A stretch of 64,000 bases of DNA from Eledone cirrhosa (lineage: Eukaryota), in contig OZ024744.1 of NCBI GenBank assembly GCA_964016885.1, positions 111,352,001 through 111,416,000 on the forward strand, written 5' to 3'. The notes under the pieces are model-generated. The model saw only the letters and a list, made by a program, of their open reading frames with translations, had not been told where the DNA came from and searched no databases. Below are positions 11,201 through 24,200 of the stretch, piece after piece (the first letter of the stretch is position 1; each line of letters starts with the position of its first letter). Both the position numbers and the translations under genes were made by a program.

Positions 11201-13336
11201 ATGGATCTTTATGAATTGGATTATTCAATAAAAAATATACCCACTCCTTCCAACACAACTTACACCAAAATCCTCATTGATAAAATCGAACAAGTCGTTA
11301 AAAGAATGAGATGGAAGGCAATGGTTTACGATGGACTATTCAGTGCTGATACTAAAGATTGTTTTGACATCAAATCCCGTAAATATCCACCTAGAATTAA
11401 AGACATGGCCAACTTCGAATTAGACCTCGTTAATCTAATTAGTGATATCAAATTTCGTAAGTACAATAATAACTTTCAAACTAAACTTTCTAACGATATT
11501 TCTAATTTTAGAAATTCTACAAACACTTTCGTTCTTTCTGATAAAACTAAAAACCTCTTTGAAGTTAATAGTACTTTGTATAACCAACTTTTAACTAATA
11601 GTATTACCAATAAATATCAATTAACTAATAATAATACCTACAATACTATCAATAAAGAAGCTAAAGAACTAGCTAGTTCTTTACAAATAGATAACCGGAT
11701 TGAAAGCTTAGCTAAGTGTAAAGCATATATTACCCTTAAAGACCATAAATTGGACTTTACTAATCGACCTAGCTGTAGACTGATTAAACCGGCTAAATCC
11801 GAGGTTGGCCTTGCAAGTAAGAAAATCTTAAGAAAAATAATTCTCCAAATTAGAACTAACACTAACCTATCACAGTGGCTAAATACTTCCTCTGTTATTT
11901 CTTGGTTCAATAATATACAAGGTAAAAATAAGTGTAGATTTACCCAATTTGATATTGTCGATTTTTACCCTTCTATTACTGTTTCCTTATGAACTAATGC
12001 CTTAGATTTTGCAAGACCCTTCATTAATATTTCTAAATTAGAAGAAGACATTATCTTTCATGCTAGAAAAACTTTACTTTTTACTAATGATAATATTTGG
12101 GTTAAAAAGTCAAACCCTGAAAACTCTTTTGATGTTGCAATGGGTTCATATGACAGTGCGGATGTTTGTGACTTAGTAGGATTATTCCTTCTCCACACCC
12201 TCAAAGAGAAATTTCCGTCCCATAATATCGGTTTATACCGTGATGACGGATTAGCAGTTTCTCATACCACCAACGGCCATAACCTTGATAAATTCCGTAA
12301 AGATTTAATCAATACTTTTGCTAATCTTAACCTTAAAATTACTATAGATACGAACCTTACTAATGCTAACTTTCTTGATATTAATCTTGATCTACTTACC
12401 GCCTCTTTTAAACCCTATCATAAACCTAATGAAAATCTTAGGTATATACACAAAGAGTCTTGCCATCCCCCTATAGTTTTTAATAATCTTATTCCTAACA
12501 TTAGCCGTAGGATTTCTAACTTATCTTCGTCTATAGACATTTTTAATAAAGCCGCCCCTTATTATAATAAAGCCCTTAAGAACAGCGGTTTTAGAGAAAA
12601 CATTTCTTATTTACCTACTCCCCCCCCCTAAAACTAACCACTATAACAGGAAAAGGAAGATTATTTGGTTCACCCACCCCCCTTCTCTCTAACTGTCAAA
12701 ACTAATGTAGGAAGGAAATTCCTTGAACTATTAGACAAACATTTTCCTCCTAATCATAGATATTATAAGATATTTAATAGGAACGTAGTTAAGATCAGCT
12801 ACTCTTGTTGCCCATCTATGAAGTCCAAAATCACCAGTTCAAACCGTACGAGAATAAATCCAGGATGCAGTTGCAGGAAGCCGGATGAATACCCATAGCA
12901 GGGTAAATGTAACACCAAATCTGTCGTTTATGAGGCTAAGATAACACCGGTAATCAACAACCAGCCAGCCAGGAGTGAGCGATATGTCGGTATGACCCAG
13001 GACAGGTTTAAAACCAGATTTTACTCACATGTCGCTTCTTTTAAGCATTCCGATAAACGAACATCAACGGCCCTCGCAAGTAAGGTGTGGGAACTCAAGG
13101 ATAGTAACATCCCGTACTCTATTGATTGGTCTATATTAGACCATTCGAGGGAGTACCAAAGGGGCACAAAGAATTGTTCTTTGTGTACCACAGAAACGTA
13201 TAGGATTTTGCTAAACTTGAGAGCCACTTCCGCTTGCCTTAACTCAAAGACTGAGATCTTCAGATGCTGTCCTCATCTGAAATCGCATCTGATCTGTAAC
13301 TGGATTGACACTCCGATGATAAATCAACCGCCTTGA
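11201..13336 (+). pseudogene. Naiad-type PLE RT-GIY-YIG ORF
   Basis: YSIKNIPTP, ITLKDHK, FDIVDFYPSI, MGSYDSADVCDLVG, GLYRDDGL, CSCRKPDE(C/Y)P*QGKC, VVYEA..RYVGMT..FKTRFYSH. In-frame TGA at 11990, TAG at 12896, frameshifts in poly-C runs at ~12625 and ~12678. Confidence 0.88.
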
Positions 13337-13530
13337 ACTCCTTCTCTGCTCTTTACTTCTGCTACAGTTTTTATTTTGCTGATTCTACGTTTTGTACTCT
13401 TGTATATTTACTTACTTTTTTCTCCCTTACCTCCCCTTATATTTCACCTTTTCTTATGTGCCCCCCCCCCCCCCTTATATTATTTTTGCCTTGCCCTTCA
13501 CATACCTATGTGTATGTATATTTGTGTGTA

Positions 13531-13564
<34 letters not shown>

Positions 13565-13660
13565 TATATATATATGTATATGTGTGTGTATGTGTATGTG
13601 TATATATATGTATATATTTGTGTGTGTATATGTATGTATATGTGGATAGACCAGGTTTTT

Positions 13661-13720
13661 TTTCATTCTGAAGATTGAAGGAAAGATTTTTTGCTTTTAA
13701 GAAACCACTGGTGAATGGAA
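13661..13720 (+). ncRNA. Hammerhead (H4) with GUG at the cleavage triplet
   Basis: CTGAAGA at 13668, GAAA at 13701, CCACTGG-TG, stem I TTTCATT/AATGGAA. Confidence 0.75.
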
Positions 13721-13858
13721 TAATTGCCTTATGTTGCTTTATTACTTTACTACTATATATATGTATATGTAAGGTTCATATGAATTATCTAAGACTGAGT
13801 TTTACACATACACACATGTATGTGTGTGTGTATGTGTATGGATGTGTATATATATATG

Positions 13859-13891
<33 letters not shown>

Positions 13892-14510
13892 GCGTGTGTA
13901 TGTATATATATATGTATGTGTGTGTGTATGTGTGTGTGTTTGTATTTGGTTGTGCGTGTTTATGATATGTACGTATTCGTATGTGTATAATTGTTTAGCT
14001 ATGTATGTATATGTGTGTATGTATACATATATGTGTGTGTGTGTTTATATTTATGTATATATATATATATATATATACTTATATATATATATGTGTGTGT
14101 GTATATAATTACATATACATATGTGTGTGTATATATTGTATACGTGTGCGTGTTTGTGCATGTATGTGTATGTATGTGTTTATGTATTTGTATATGTATA
14201 TTTATGTGTGAGAGTGTGTGTATGTGTTTACTATTCCGTACGTATGTATACGTGCATTTGTGTGTATTACTTACCACGCGTGTCTGTCCAGTTAGCTGCG
14301 TTCTGTATCGCTGTCTAACATTTTTTATATATATATTTTTTTCTTATATTTATTTGCGGGTGTGAATATGTAGAGGAGTGCATTTATGTATGTTTATGTA
14401 TGTACGTGTGTATATATGTATGATTGTGTGAATGTATGTATGTATTTGTGTGTGTGTATGGCTATGTTTGTGTATATGTATGCTTGTACACACATATATA
14501 TATATGTATA

Positions 14511-14577
<67 letters not shown>

Positions 14578-14578
14578 G

Positions 14579-15140
14579 ATCGAGTATCGAAAAATCGGCG
14601 CACGAGTTCACGACAAACAATATTCGAAATGAGCGGCAGAGGGCTCAATAATTCAGATGAATCAGAGCTATAACTATCGTTAAAATACCGTCACACATAG
14701 AACAAGTCTATAATCAACCATACGATAAAAAATCGATAATAGAAGATTCGGGACAATCAGATAAAAAATATCAATAAAACAATACATCAATAATTTAAAT
14801 GAATGTAAAATCATACCCGGACCCACTAGAAAGGTGTTAAATCTAGCTTCTTGGGTTTCTGTAAATCCTTAGACTGTACTCTATCAGCTCACATATAAAT
14901 ATATAAGACTTCTAGAGCAAGCGGACTGGAAGTTTACGTTATCAACGAGCTTTGTCCTAGCGGATAAGAGGCCAACTACAAGCGAAATACGCACATGGAA
15001 TTCGGCAAGGGAGATAACCTCTACATCCGCGAAAACTATTCGAGGAAATGTGGAAATACACATATCGAATAAAAGTGCTCAATAGACATGTTAAAATAAA
15101 ACAGGAGCTATTCATCACTCAATAGAATCGACAAAAAATG
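14579..15140 (-). repeat. Diverged inverted copy of repeat A
   Basis: TCGAGTATCGAAAAATCGGCGCACGAGTTCACGA... is collinear with the reverse complement of 2140-2695. Confidence 0.75.
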
Positions 15141-15144
15141 AGCA

Positions 15145-15824
<680 letters not shown>

Positions 15825-16009
15825 GATAAATCTACCAAGAGTTTACGGTAGTGTCCAATCCGTATGAAGAACTCAATGTATTCCGGATATCATGGAAAGA
15901 AGAAATGTAATGAAAAATCACTTTCGGTGAAAGATAAACGGTATACAGAGTCAAGATAAAATATTAAACAAATAATGAATAAACAATTCCTTATATTAAA
16001 CAAAAAAAG

Positions 16010-16163
16010 TTCATTATTTAACGATCGTTTCTAGGATATATATGTGTTAGAATTGGCATGCATATTCAACAGATCTATGTACAAAATTATACAAAATTAT
16101 ACAAACTATCAAGATTAAATATACATACCAACACATATATACGCCGTCTTCAGAAATAATGAA
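16010..16163 (-). ncRNA. Hammerhead with long stem II (family H5)
   Basis: Reverse complement of 17996-18149, with minor differences. Confidence 0.8.
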
Positions 16164-16373
16164 GTGTATTTATTGATAATAACAACAATTCAAAATTTCA
16201 GGTCCGTTTGGGAACAAAAATTGACCAATGACTATGTGTGTATATATATGTGTGTATAAAAATTGACCAATTGACTATGTGTGTATATATATATGTATGT
16301 ATATCTATGTATGTGTATGTATGTACATGTATGTCTATGTATGTGTGCATGTATGTGTGTGTATATATATATG

Positions 16374-16424
<51 letters not shown>

Positions 16425-16667
16425 CTATATATATACGTATATATCTTTATTATTTATTTTTTTTATATATATGTGTGTGTGTGTATGTGTGTGTGTGTGT
16501 GTGTGTATATATATCTTTATATATGTGTATGTGTATGTTCGTGTAGGTGTATGTGTGTGTATGACTTTATATATATGTGTGTATGTGTGTATGCGTATAT
16601 ATTTCTATGTGTGTGTACATGTATGTATGTGTGTGTATGTGTATGTGTGTGTATGTGTATATGTATG

Positions 16668-16707
<40 letters not shown>

Positions 16708-17054
16708 TATATGTGTGTATATATATATATATATATCTATATGTTTTTCTATTTGTATATGTATGTATGTATAGGTATATACCTTTCTCTTTGTATGTCT
16801 AAGTTGTGTGATAGTGTAGTGGTGTTTGTATGTATATACCGATATATAGATGCGTAAGTATTTGTCTGTATGTATGTATGTAAGTCTGTATATATTTGTG
16901 TGTATATATAGCTATGTATGTGTATATCTGTATGTATATTAGTATGTAAGTGTAGTATATGTGCATGTATGTGTGTGGTTAAATATATGTGTGTCTATAT
17001 AGTATGTGTGATTATATATATATATGTGTGTGTATATGTATGTGTATATACATA

Positions 17055-17113
<59 letters not shown>

Positions 17114-17298
17114 ATTTGTATGTATATGTGTATATGTATGTATGTGTGTATATGTATATGTTTATATATGTGGGTGTATGTATGTTCTTAGTGTGGATGT
17201 GTGTATATGTATGTATGTGTTTGTATATGTGTGTATATATATATGTATGTGTGTGTGTGTGTCTATGTGTATATATATGTATATATATATGTGTGTAT

Positions 17299-17330
<32 letters not shown>

Positions 17331-17995
17331 ATATATATATATATATGTATATATGTTTTCTTGATATATTTCTTTTTTCTTTTTTCTTTCTATTCTTTCC
17401 TCTTTAATGTTTATTTATTATTTATTATTTTTTATTTCCTTAGTTTATAGATACATCTATATTAGGCAGTCTGCTCAGACCGTTGAATACTGACCTCTCC
17501 CCCCCCCCTCCCACCTAATTTCTGTATCTTGATCTAAATGTGTGTGCCAGTGTTTATGTGAGTGAATTAATATCCATGTGCTTATGATTTTATATCCACA
17601 TATATAAATGTGAGTGGGGGTGTGTGTGTGTTGTTTGTATGTTCGTGGTTATGTGTATATTTATGCATATACGCGCGTGTATGTGTGATTGTACGGATAT
17701 GTGTGAGTATGAAAAAAAATATATTTATATACTTAATTTCATATCTGTGTCTCTATACGCATCTTATCTGTGCATTATAAACTTACAGAGACATTAACCT
17801 TGAAATTTTGTATTTGCATCCATCCTTTTAGTATGCGTATACAAATTATACATACATTTTTGTAAAATATGTGTAAGGGTTTTACATGTATATACACACA
17901 CCGAACTGCATTTAACCCTTTGTGTTTTCATTGGTCAATTTTTGTTCCCAAACGGACCTGAAATTTTGAATTGTTGTTATTATCAATAAATACAC

Positions 17996-18149
17996 TTCAT
18001 TATTTCTGAAGACGGCGTATGTATGTGTTGGTATGTATATTTAATCTTGATAGTTTGTATAATTTTGTATAATTTTGTACATAGATCTGTTGAATATGCA
18101 TGCCAATTCTAACACATATATATCCTAGAAACGATCGTTAAATAATGAA
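17996..18149 (+). ncRNA. Hammerhead with ~115-nt stem II (family H5)
   Basis: TTCATTATTT-CTGAAGA(18006)-long stem II-GAAA(18128)-CGATCG-TT-AAATAATGAA; perfect 10-bp stem I. Confidence 0.8.
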
Positions 18150-18194
18150 CTTTTTTTGTTTAATATAAGGAATTGTTTATTCATTATTTGTTTA

Positions 18195-18235
<41 letters not shown>

Positions 18236-18236
<1 letters not shown>

Positions 18237-18504
18237 ACCAAGACTGGAATTGAACCATCAGTACAGTTGATGTATGTCATACATCAATTTATATATTTTT
18301 TCTGATGAGGACGTACTGAAAAAACAGCACAGTACCTCCGAAATATATATAATAAAATATATTTTGATTACGTTGAATGTCTATATTTATTAATATTTTG
18401 AATTAATATTATATGTATTATTATTATGTAACTTAACTTTGATAGTTTTCGGCCAGTATTGGCCCAGGCCGTGTCTAACATGATAGCACCACCTGGGAAC
18501 AAGC
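18236..18504 (+). mobile_element. Repeat B copy 2 with H2 hammerhead (CTGATGA 18302, GAAA 18340)
   Basis: Near-identical to 3255-3522 and flanked by (TA)n on both sides. Confidence 0.82.
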
Positions 18505-18719
18505 ATATATATATATATATATATAAGTATATATACGTACATACATATATGTATACAGACGTACAGTAGTATGTATATACATGTATATATATATATATGT
18601 ACGTATGGGTTTACCGAACATTTATTATAATGTTCAGTTTGTTTGTAAACAAACAGCCCGAATTAAGCTGTACAGTGTTCGGCAACCATCGTTGCCCTTT
18701 TGTTCAACACTGACATTGT

Positions 18720-20640
18720 TCATCATTTTTTGCAAATAGTTTCAGGTCATCCATGTAGAACAAGTGATTAATGGTTTTGTCATAGACTTTATATCCATGT
18801 TTTGAGCATTTTACTTAATGGTGTAAGTGCGATGCAGAATAAAAGCGGTGATAAAGAGTCACCCTGAAAAAATTCCACAATTAATATTAACTTCTCCAGC
18901 TTCCAGTGATTTTGTTTCACTATTCAAAAGGAGTGCCGTTTGCCATGTCTTCATACTGAATGACAGGAACCTCCTGACAACGGGGGATATTTTGAAAATC
19001 TGCAAACATTTTTCAATCCAACTGACTGGCAAACTATCGAATGCTTTTTTATAATCTATCCAAGCAATTGATAGATTTTTGTGTCTATTATGACAATCTT
19101 CCAGTATCATTTTGTTAACCAGAAGCTGATCCTTACAGCCATATGAGCCTCGTTTACACCCTTTCTGCTCAATGGGAAATAGGTCATTTGTTATCAGGTG
19201 GTCATATGTGTATTCAGTTAGGACTGATGTTAAAATTTTATACAGTGTGGTCAAGCAAGTTATCGGTCTGTAATTTTTGGGATTGTTTGTCTCATCATTC
19301 TTCGGAAGCAGGAATGTAATGCCGTTAACTAACCATGATGGTATCTTTTCTGGCTCCTTAACCATTTCATTGTAAAGTTGGGCTAACAGCTCATGAGACT
19401 CTGTGAAGGCATTTATCCAAAAGTTTTATATTTTGTCTTTTCCTTGATTGTTTCTATCAGCATGTCTATGTCACTTGTTGATTTTATACTGTATTTTCTT
19501 TTCAATTTTCTAAGTTTAGTTTGTTTAACATGTTCACCTACTTTGTAGTTTGTTAAAATTTCTGTCAGATCGGAGAAGGTTTATTTGGCGATTGATCTCT
19601 TGCCAAGTAGATTTCTTGTGGGAATTCCTTTGTTTTTTCATTTTCACTCCACATAATAGAGATGATTTAAATAAGCAATGTTTAGTTTGTTTGTGATGAT
19701 AATGTTTTTGAGAATTATGTTAGTCTTGTGTATTATCATTCTGGATCTTAGGGAGAGTGTCTCGTTCCCCCATGTCAGATTCTTTCATTTTCATCCATTC
19801 GATCATAATTTCATCTTTCAAGTTGGCAAGTTCATTCTCATTCATTTCTTTATCATTTACGATCTCATTGTTTTCATTTTGGGTTTCATCTTGAGCATGC
19901 ACTCCCTCCACTTTTTCGATTCTTTCTTTAATTTGTTCTGTTGTCATGATTCCGCCCCAACTCTGGGATTCGAAGTGTTACAGTTTACCTCGTTTTCACT
20001 GACACGTTTCATTTTATCTTCTCTGACTTTGTGCTAATAGCTTGATCTGATCAATTTCTATATCAGTTAGTAACTTTTTTTAACAATATTTCTTCGTATA
20101 TTGGCTAGTTTGTTACTGTCAATATAGCCTCTGTTTTCGGGATGTTTCTTTTTCCAGTTGATATATGTCTGTTCTGTATTCGATCTATTTGATGGATAGT
20201 ACATGGCAGTGTAGAAAGCCTCAAACACTTCTTTATTGTCTTCCCTTGACCATTTTTCTCTCTTTTTCTTTGGATTTCTTGGTGGTGAGCATGGGGCGCC
20301 AACAGTAGGAGTATTCCGGTTATGGGAGGTTTCCAGCTCCGAAGTGATGGGAAGGTTTGAACCATTAACTGATTTTTCGACCCCAGTCTGGTTTCTCTCT
20401 GAGGGACGCGGCCCTTTTTGATCCGGGTGACGGCCGATCCGGTATGAGATTTTATCATTTGACATTTACTTTATTTTGTCGCGTTTTATCCTTAACTGCC
20501 AAGGGGTTATCATTTCGTGTTACCACGCCTAGGACGAGTGTCAACCAAGACTAGAGGGGTCGTCCTCCCCTAGAGACACGGCTATTCCCCGCCGGCCGCC
20601 ATCCCGGTATTTCTTGGTCAAAGGGTTTTCTTTTTTGTTG
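18720..20640 (-). mobile_element. R4/Dong-like non-LTR retrotransposon, degenerate and 3'-truncated
   Basis: N-terminal KKREKWSREDNKEVFEAFY; RT motifs NYRPITCL, EQKGCKRGSYGCKDQLL, AWIDYKKAFDS, GIF(S)G, INHLFYMDDLKLFAK. Confidence 0.82.
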
Positions 20641-21075
20641 TTTTTTAAATTGTTATTATCATGAGTGGTTCTTTAATCTGAGCATTGCGTGGCTTAAGAA
20701 TGAAATTATTATTAATAAAATAATATACTTTTTGTTGAAGTTGCCTGTTGTTGTTGTTGGCTGTGTCGGTGGTGGTGCTGGGGCTTTTTCTATTGTTGGT
20801 GGGGAAGGGGGGAGCCAGCAGTGCCATAGTCGTTGACGTTTGACCGGGTCACTAAGTCAGTCTATTTATATCTTTTGCTAGCCTCTCCCTTGTCTAGTGA
20901 TATCGCCACCTTCCCCTTTCTTAAGTTAACAGAAGGTAATGGGGGAATAGTGGTGGTAGCAATGAAGGAGTGGTGGCGGCGGTGATGGGATAGTGGTAGC
21001 AATGATGGATGGTGGCGGCGGGGACTATAGTGATGGCGTTGTCGTTACTGAGTTTTGTTGAATAGACTGTAGTAA

Positions 21076-21252
21076 TATGAATATTTTGTGTCATTGATTT
21101 TATCATTCAATATTCAAATTGAATATTGTTATAATAAAATAAACTTTGTAACAACACAATCCTGGTATTTTTTTTTACATCGAAACCACCATACCAACAG
21201 TTACATCCATCCATCCACTTATCGTTACAACCACACATAATATTCCGTTACA
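21076..21252 (+). mobile_element. Gypsy LTR 3' fragment, same family as 50976-56492 in opposite orientation
   Basis: Reverse complement of ~55803-55983; ends CCGTTACA. Confidence 0.9.
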
Positions 21253-24200
21253 GATATAACAGGATATTATGGATCCGAATTTCATTATTATCATTGCTGC
21301 TGAAAAAGGGACCACTTCTTTTGCAGGTGTCGCCCGAAATATCGAAACTGTTAGTCACAGAGGAGGAGATGGCAGTCTCAAGGGCCATGGTGACAAGAAG
21401 CGCCAATAGAGTCTCCCTGAAACCTCCACCCGATTTTTTCAAGGACCAGCAGCTACGGACGGTGACGTACCGCACCGTAAGCAAAATCTCACATCGGATG
21501 GAGAGAGCCACGGAGGCTCAAATCCAAAAGGCCTTGGGGTGCGTCTGGGCACGCAAAACCCACATCATCCGAGGCAGAAAGTACGCCACAGTAGACGTAC
21601 TTTTCGCCACCCCCATGAAGCGAAGTCTCACTCTCTGGAAACCCTAAAGAGTGAGGAGATAGTCTTGGTGCCCTCCTACTGCGGGCAGAAAATTGTGAGG
21701 GTCAAAGTGACCCAGGTCCCACCCGACGTGCCCATACCTTGGCTGGCCGCGTCTGTCCTTGCTAGAATCGAGAACAGGGCGACCATGCTGCAAGTAAAGA
21801 AAATAGGGAGAGAGAACTGGTCAGGTATAGGCCTGCAAATGCTTATAAAAACTGACCAGGAATGTATCGACGCTATCCCCGATATCATAGACACCGAGGA
21901 AGGACTCCAACTCCCTATAAGCGTAGAAGGAAGACGGCCAAAATGTTATCTCTGTGGGTCGAAGGGTCATCTCAGGGCCTTTTTCCCGCAGAAGACAGCG
22001 AAGAAGAAGGCCCCTCTCCTTCCAATACCTGGTCCGCTGCTACCAAGAGTAGGGCAGGCAACAAACGCAGAAGCCCCTTCCACGGTGAGTAGGAGGGCAA
22101 CGTCCGTAGCACCCGTACCGAGGCCACGGACAACTAAAGCATCATCATCAGTGGCGGCAACACCAATAGCTACATTTGAAGTAGCTACACCAGCAACAAA
22201 ATTACCGAAGAGGGCTCCACTACCACCACCAACAGCGGTGGAACACATACCCCTCCCAGACGCCACCGAATCCGACATGGAGTTTGAGGCGGGAGTGAAG
22301 TGGAAAACGGGCTTCCACAAAAAACAAAAAACAAAAAAATCCTTAGATTCACCCTCCAAAAACGAAGGCATACAAAGAGGGGTAAAGGCAGCAAGGAAAC
22401 TTGCAGCAACACCACCACCATCACCACCACAAGCACCACTGACAATAACAACCACATCACCACCAGCATCACCAAAAACACCAACAACGCAAACACAACA
22501 TGACACACACACACCAAACAGCAACAAGAAGAAAACAGCAACAAAATCCCCCCTTCCCCCAAAAAGTACACAGCCATAAACATGGCAAAAAAAGAACTCA
22601 TACAATATATAAAGCAGCACACAGACATCACAGAAAAAAACTACTACACCCCACCAACACTAAGAACTCTCCCGACAAACATAAGCATCATTGAAATCTC
22701 AATAGAACAGTACAAACCTTTAAAACAAAAATTCCCCAACGCAGTTGGAGACTTCAGAGGGTCGGTTACCAAGAGGATATACACTGACATCCTTTGGAAA
22801 CACCCATGACCAGCGAAAGGGACGGTTCTACTGTCCCTTCACCACACGATCAAGGTAAGTGACCCTTTCTCACTTGCCCCGTTTCTCATCCAACATGGCC
22901 GTACTCAGAATAGACAGTATAAATGCACGTGGCCTGGGGTCATCTTGGAAGCAGGGTCACCTGCTCAACGACCACATAGATGTGGTGGCCATCAGTGAGA
23001 CCAGAATCTCCGAAGCACAAGCCTTCGCACGGATCTTCGGCGGCTTCGATGTATACGCATCTCCCAGCCGTTCAGGATCGGGGGGAGGAGTTGTCGTCCT
23101 TTTTCGGAGAGGCTTGGATCTCGCCATACGGGCCATCTTCCTAGACCCAGAAGGTAAGTCGGTGGTGCTGGACGTGACCGGCAGCGAAGGCAATGCTTTC
23201 AGGCTAGTAGCCATCTACGCCCCAACAGGGGCAGGACGGCCAGATTTCTTCAAACGTCAAGAGACCTTTCTTGGAACGTCCCGCTCTTTAGTGTTAGTGG
23301 GCGACTGGAACGGTATCTTGGATGCACGCTGGGATTGTGTGGGGCTAGTGGATTGTGGAGGAGGGTGCAAGAGCCTCACCAACCTGCTCAGACATTTTGA
23401 ACTATCTGACAGGTATCGACTGGATCACCCGAATGTGCCAATGTGGACATGGACAAACCGCATCGGGTCATCTAGATCGTATCTTGATAGGGTATTCTGC
23501 AGAGAACTAGATAAGGCTAGTATAAGTTGTCCAAAATTTAAAATAGTCGACTACACAGACCACAAATTTTGGATCTGTGAGATCGACATAGACAGATTTC
23601 ATAGACAAGGGCCTGGTTACTAGAAGCTGAACGCGTCTTTCCCGGCGCGCAAAGCCTACAGAGACCGGATTAGCTTATTAGTTAAGCGAGCGTTGAGGGG
23701 AGCGGTCGTCAACAACAGGTGGTGATTCGCCCTGAAAAGGGCAATTAAAGTAGTGTCGATTAGGTTTAGCAAAGGAGTAGTGATAGAGGAAAATAGAGTA
23801 GAGGGAGAGCTAGTCAGAAAACTAGAAGAGGCGTTTAGGACAGGCATCGCAACCGACGTGCTTGCGGCGAGATTGGCACTCGACCAATTCTTCAACGCAG
23901 AGCATGAAGGCTGCGTTGTCAGAGCTAGAGCGCGTGCTCTGAAACGCGGGGGGGGGACAAAAGCCGTCCAATGGGCCCGGGTGGCAGAGGCGCGACGTGG
24001 CAACAAAGCCACAATTCGGTCTTTGTCTGACCAAAACGGGTGCGTGATGCTCGAACCCGAGCGGATGTGTGAAGCTTTTCAGCAGCACTTTGCTGAACTG
24101 TTCGGGAGCAGCGGCGGCCCGGATCGGGGCATGGACTTCAGTGCATACCTCGACGGACTGCCTCGGCTCTCGATGACCGCAGCACAGTGTTGCGAAAAGC

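Larger units (their letters stand above)
11085..14570 (+). mobile_element. Penelope-like retroelement, Naiad-type, near full length
   Basis: Single RT+GIY-YIG ORF, microsatellite-rich 3' UTR with hammerhead. Confidence 0.88.

Noticed and set aside
11990-11992. In-frame TGA in the Naiad ORF as selenocysteine (some Naiads encode selenoproteins)
   Set aside because: It falls at an apparent Leu position (SITVSL*TNALDFA; TTA to TGA is one change), the conserved Cys codons are TGC/TGT, I recognised no SECIS, and the copy has other lesions. The family consensus would settle it.
12620-12682. Programmed frameshift sites in PLE and Tx1 ORFs
   Set aside because: Shifts lie in homopolymer runs and differ between twin copies, consistent with decay or sequencing error.
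18607-18686. Small MITE (CCGAACA...TGTTCGG)
   Set aside because: Short imperfect inverted repeat, single copy, no clear TSD.
20645-20860. Minus-strand Tx1 ORF1-like N-terminal fragment
   Set aside because: Similarity is only low-complexity (Pro/Thr/Asn); cannot be supported.
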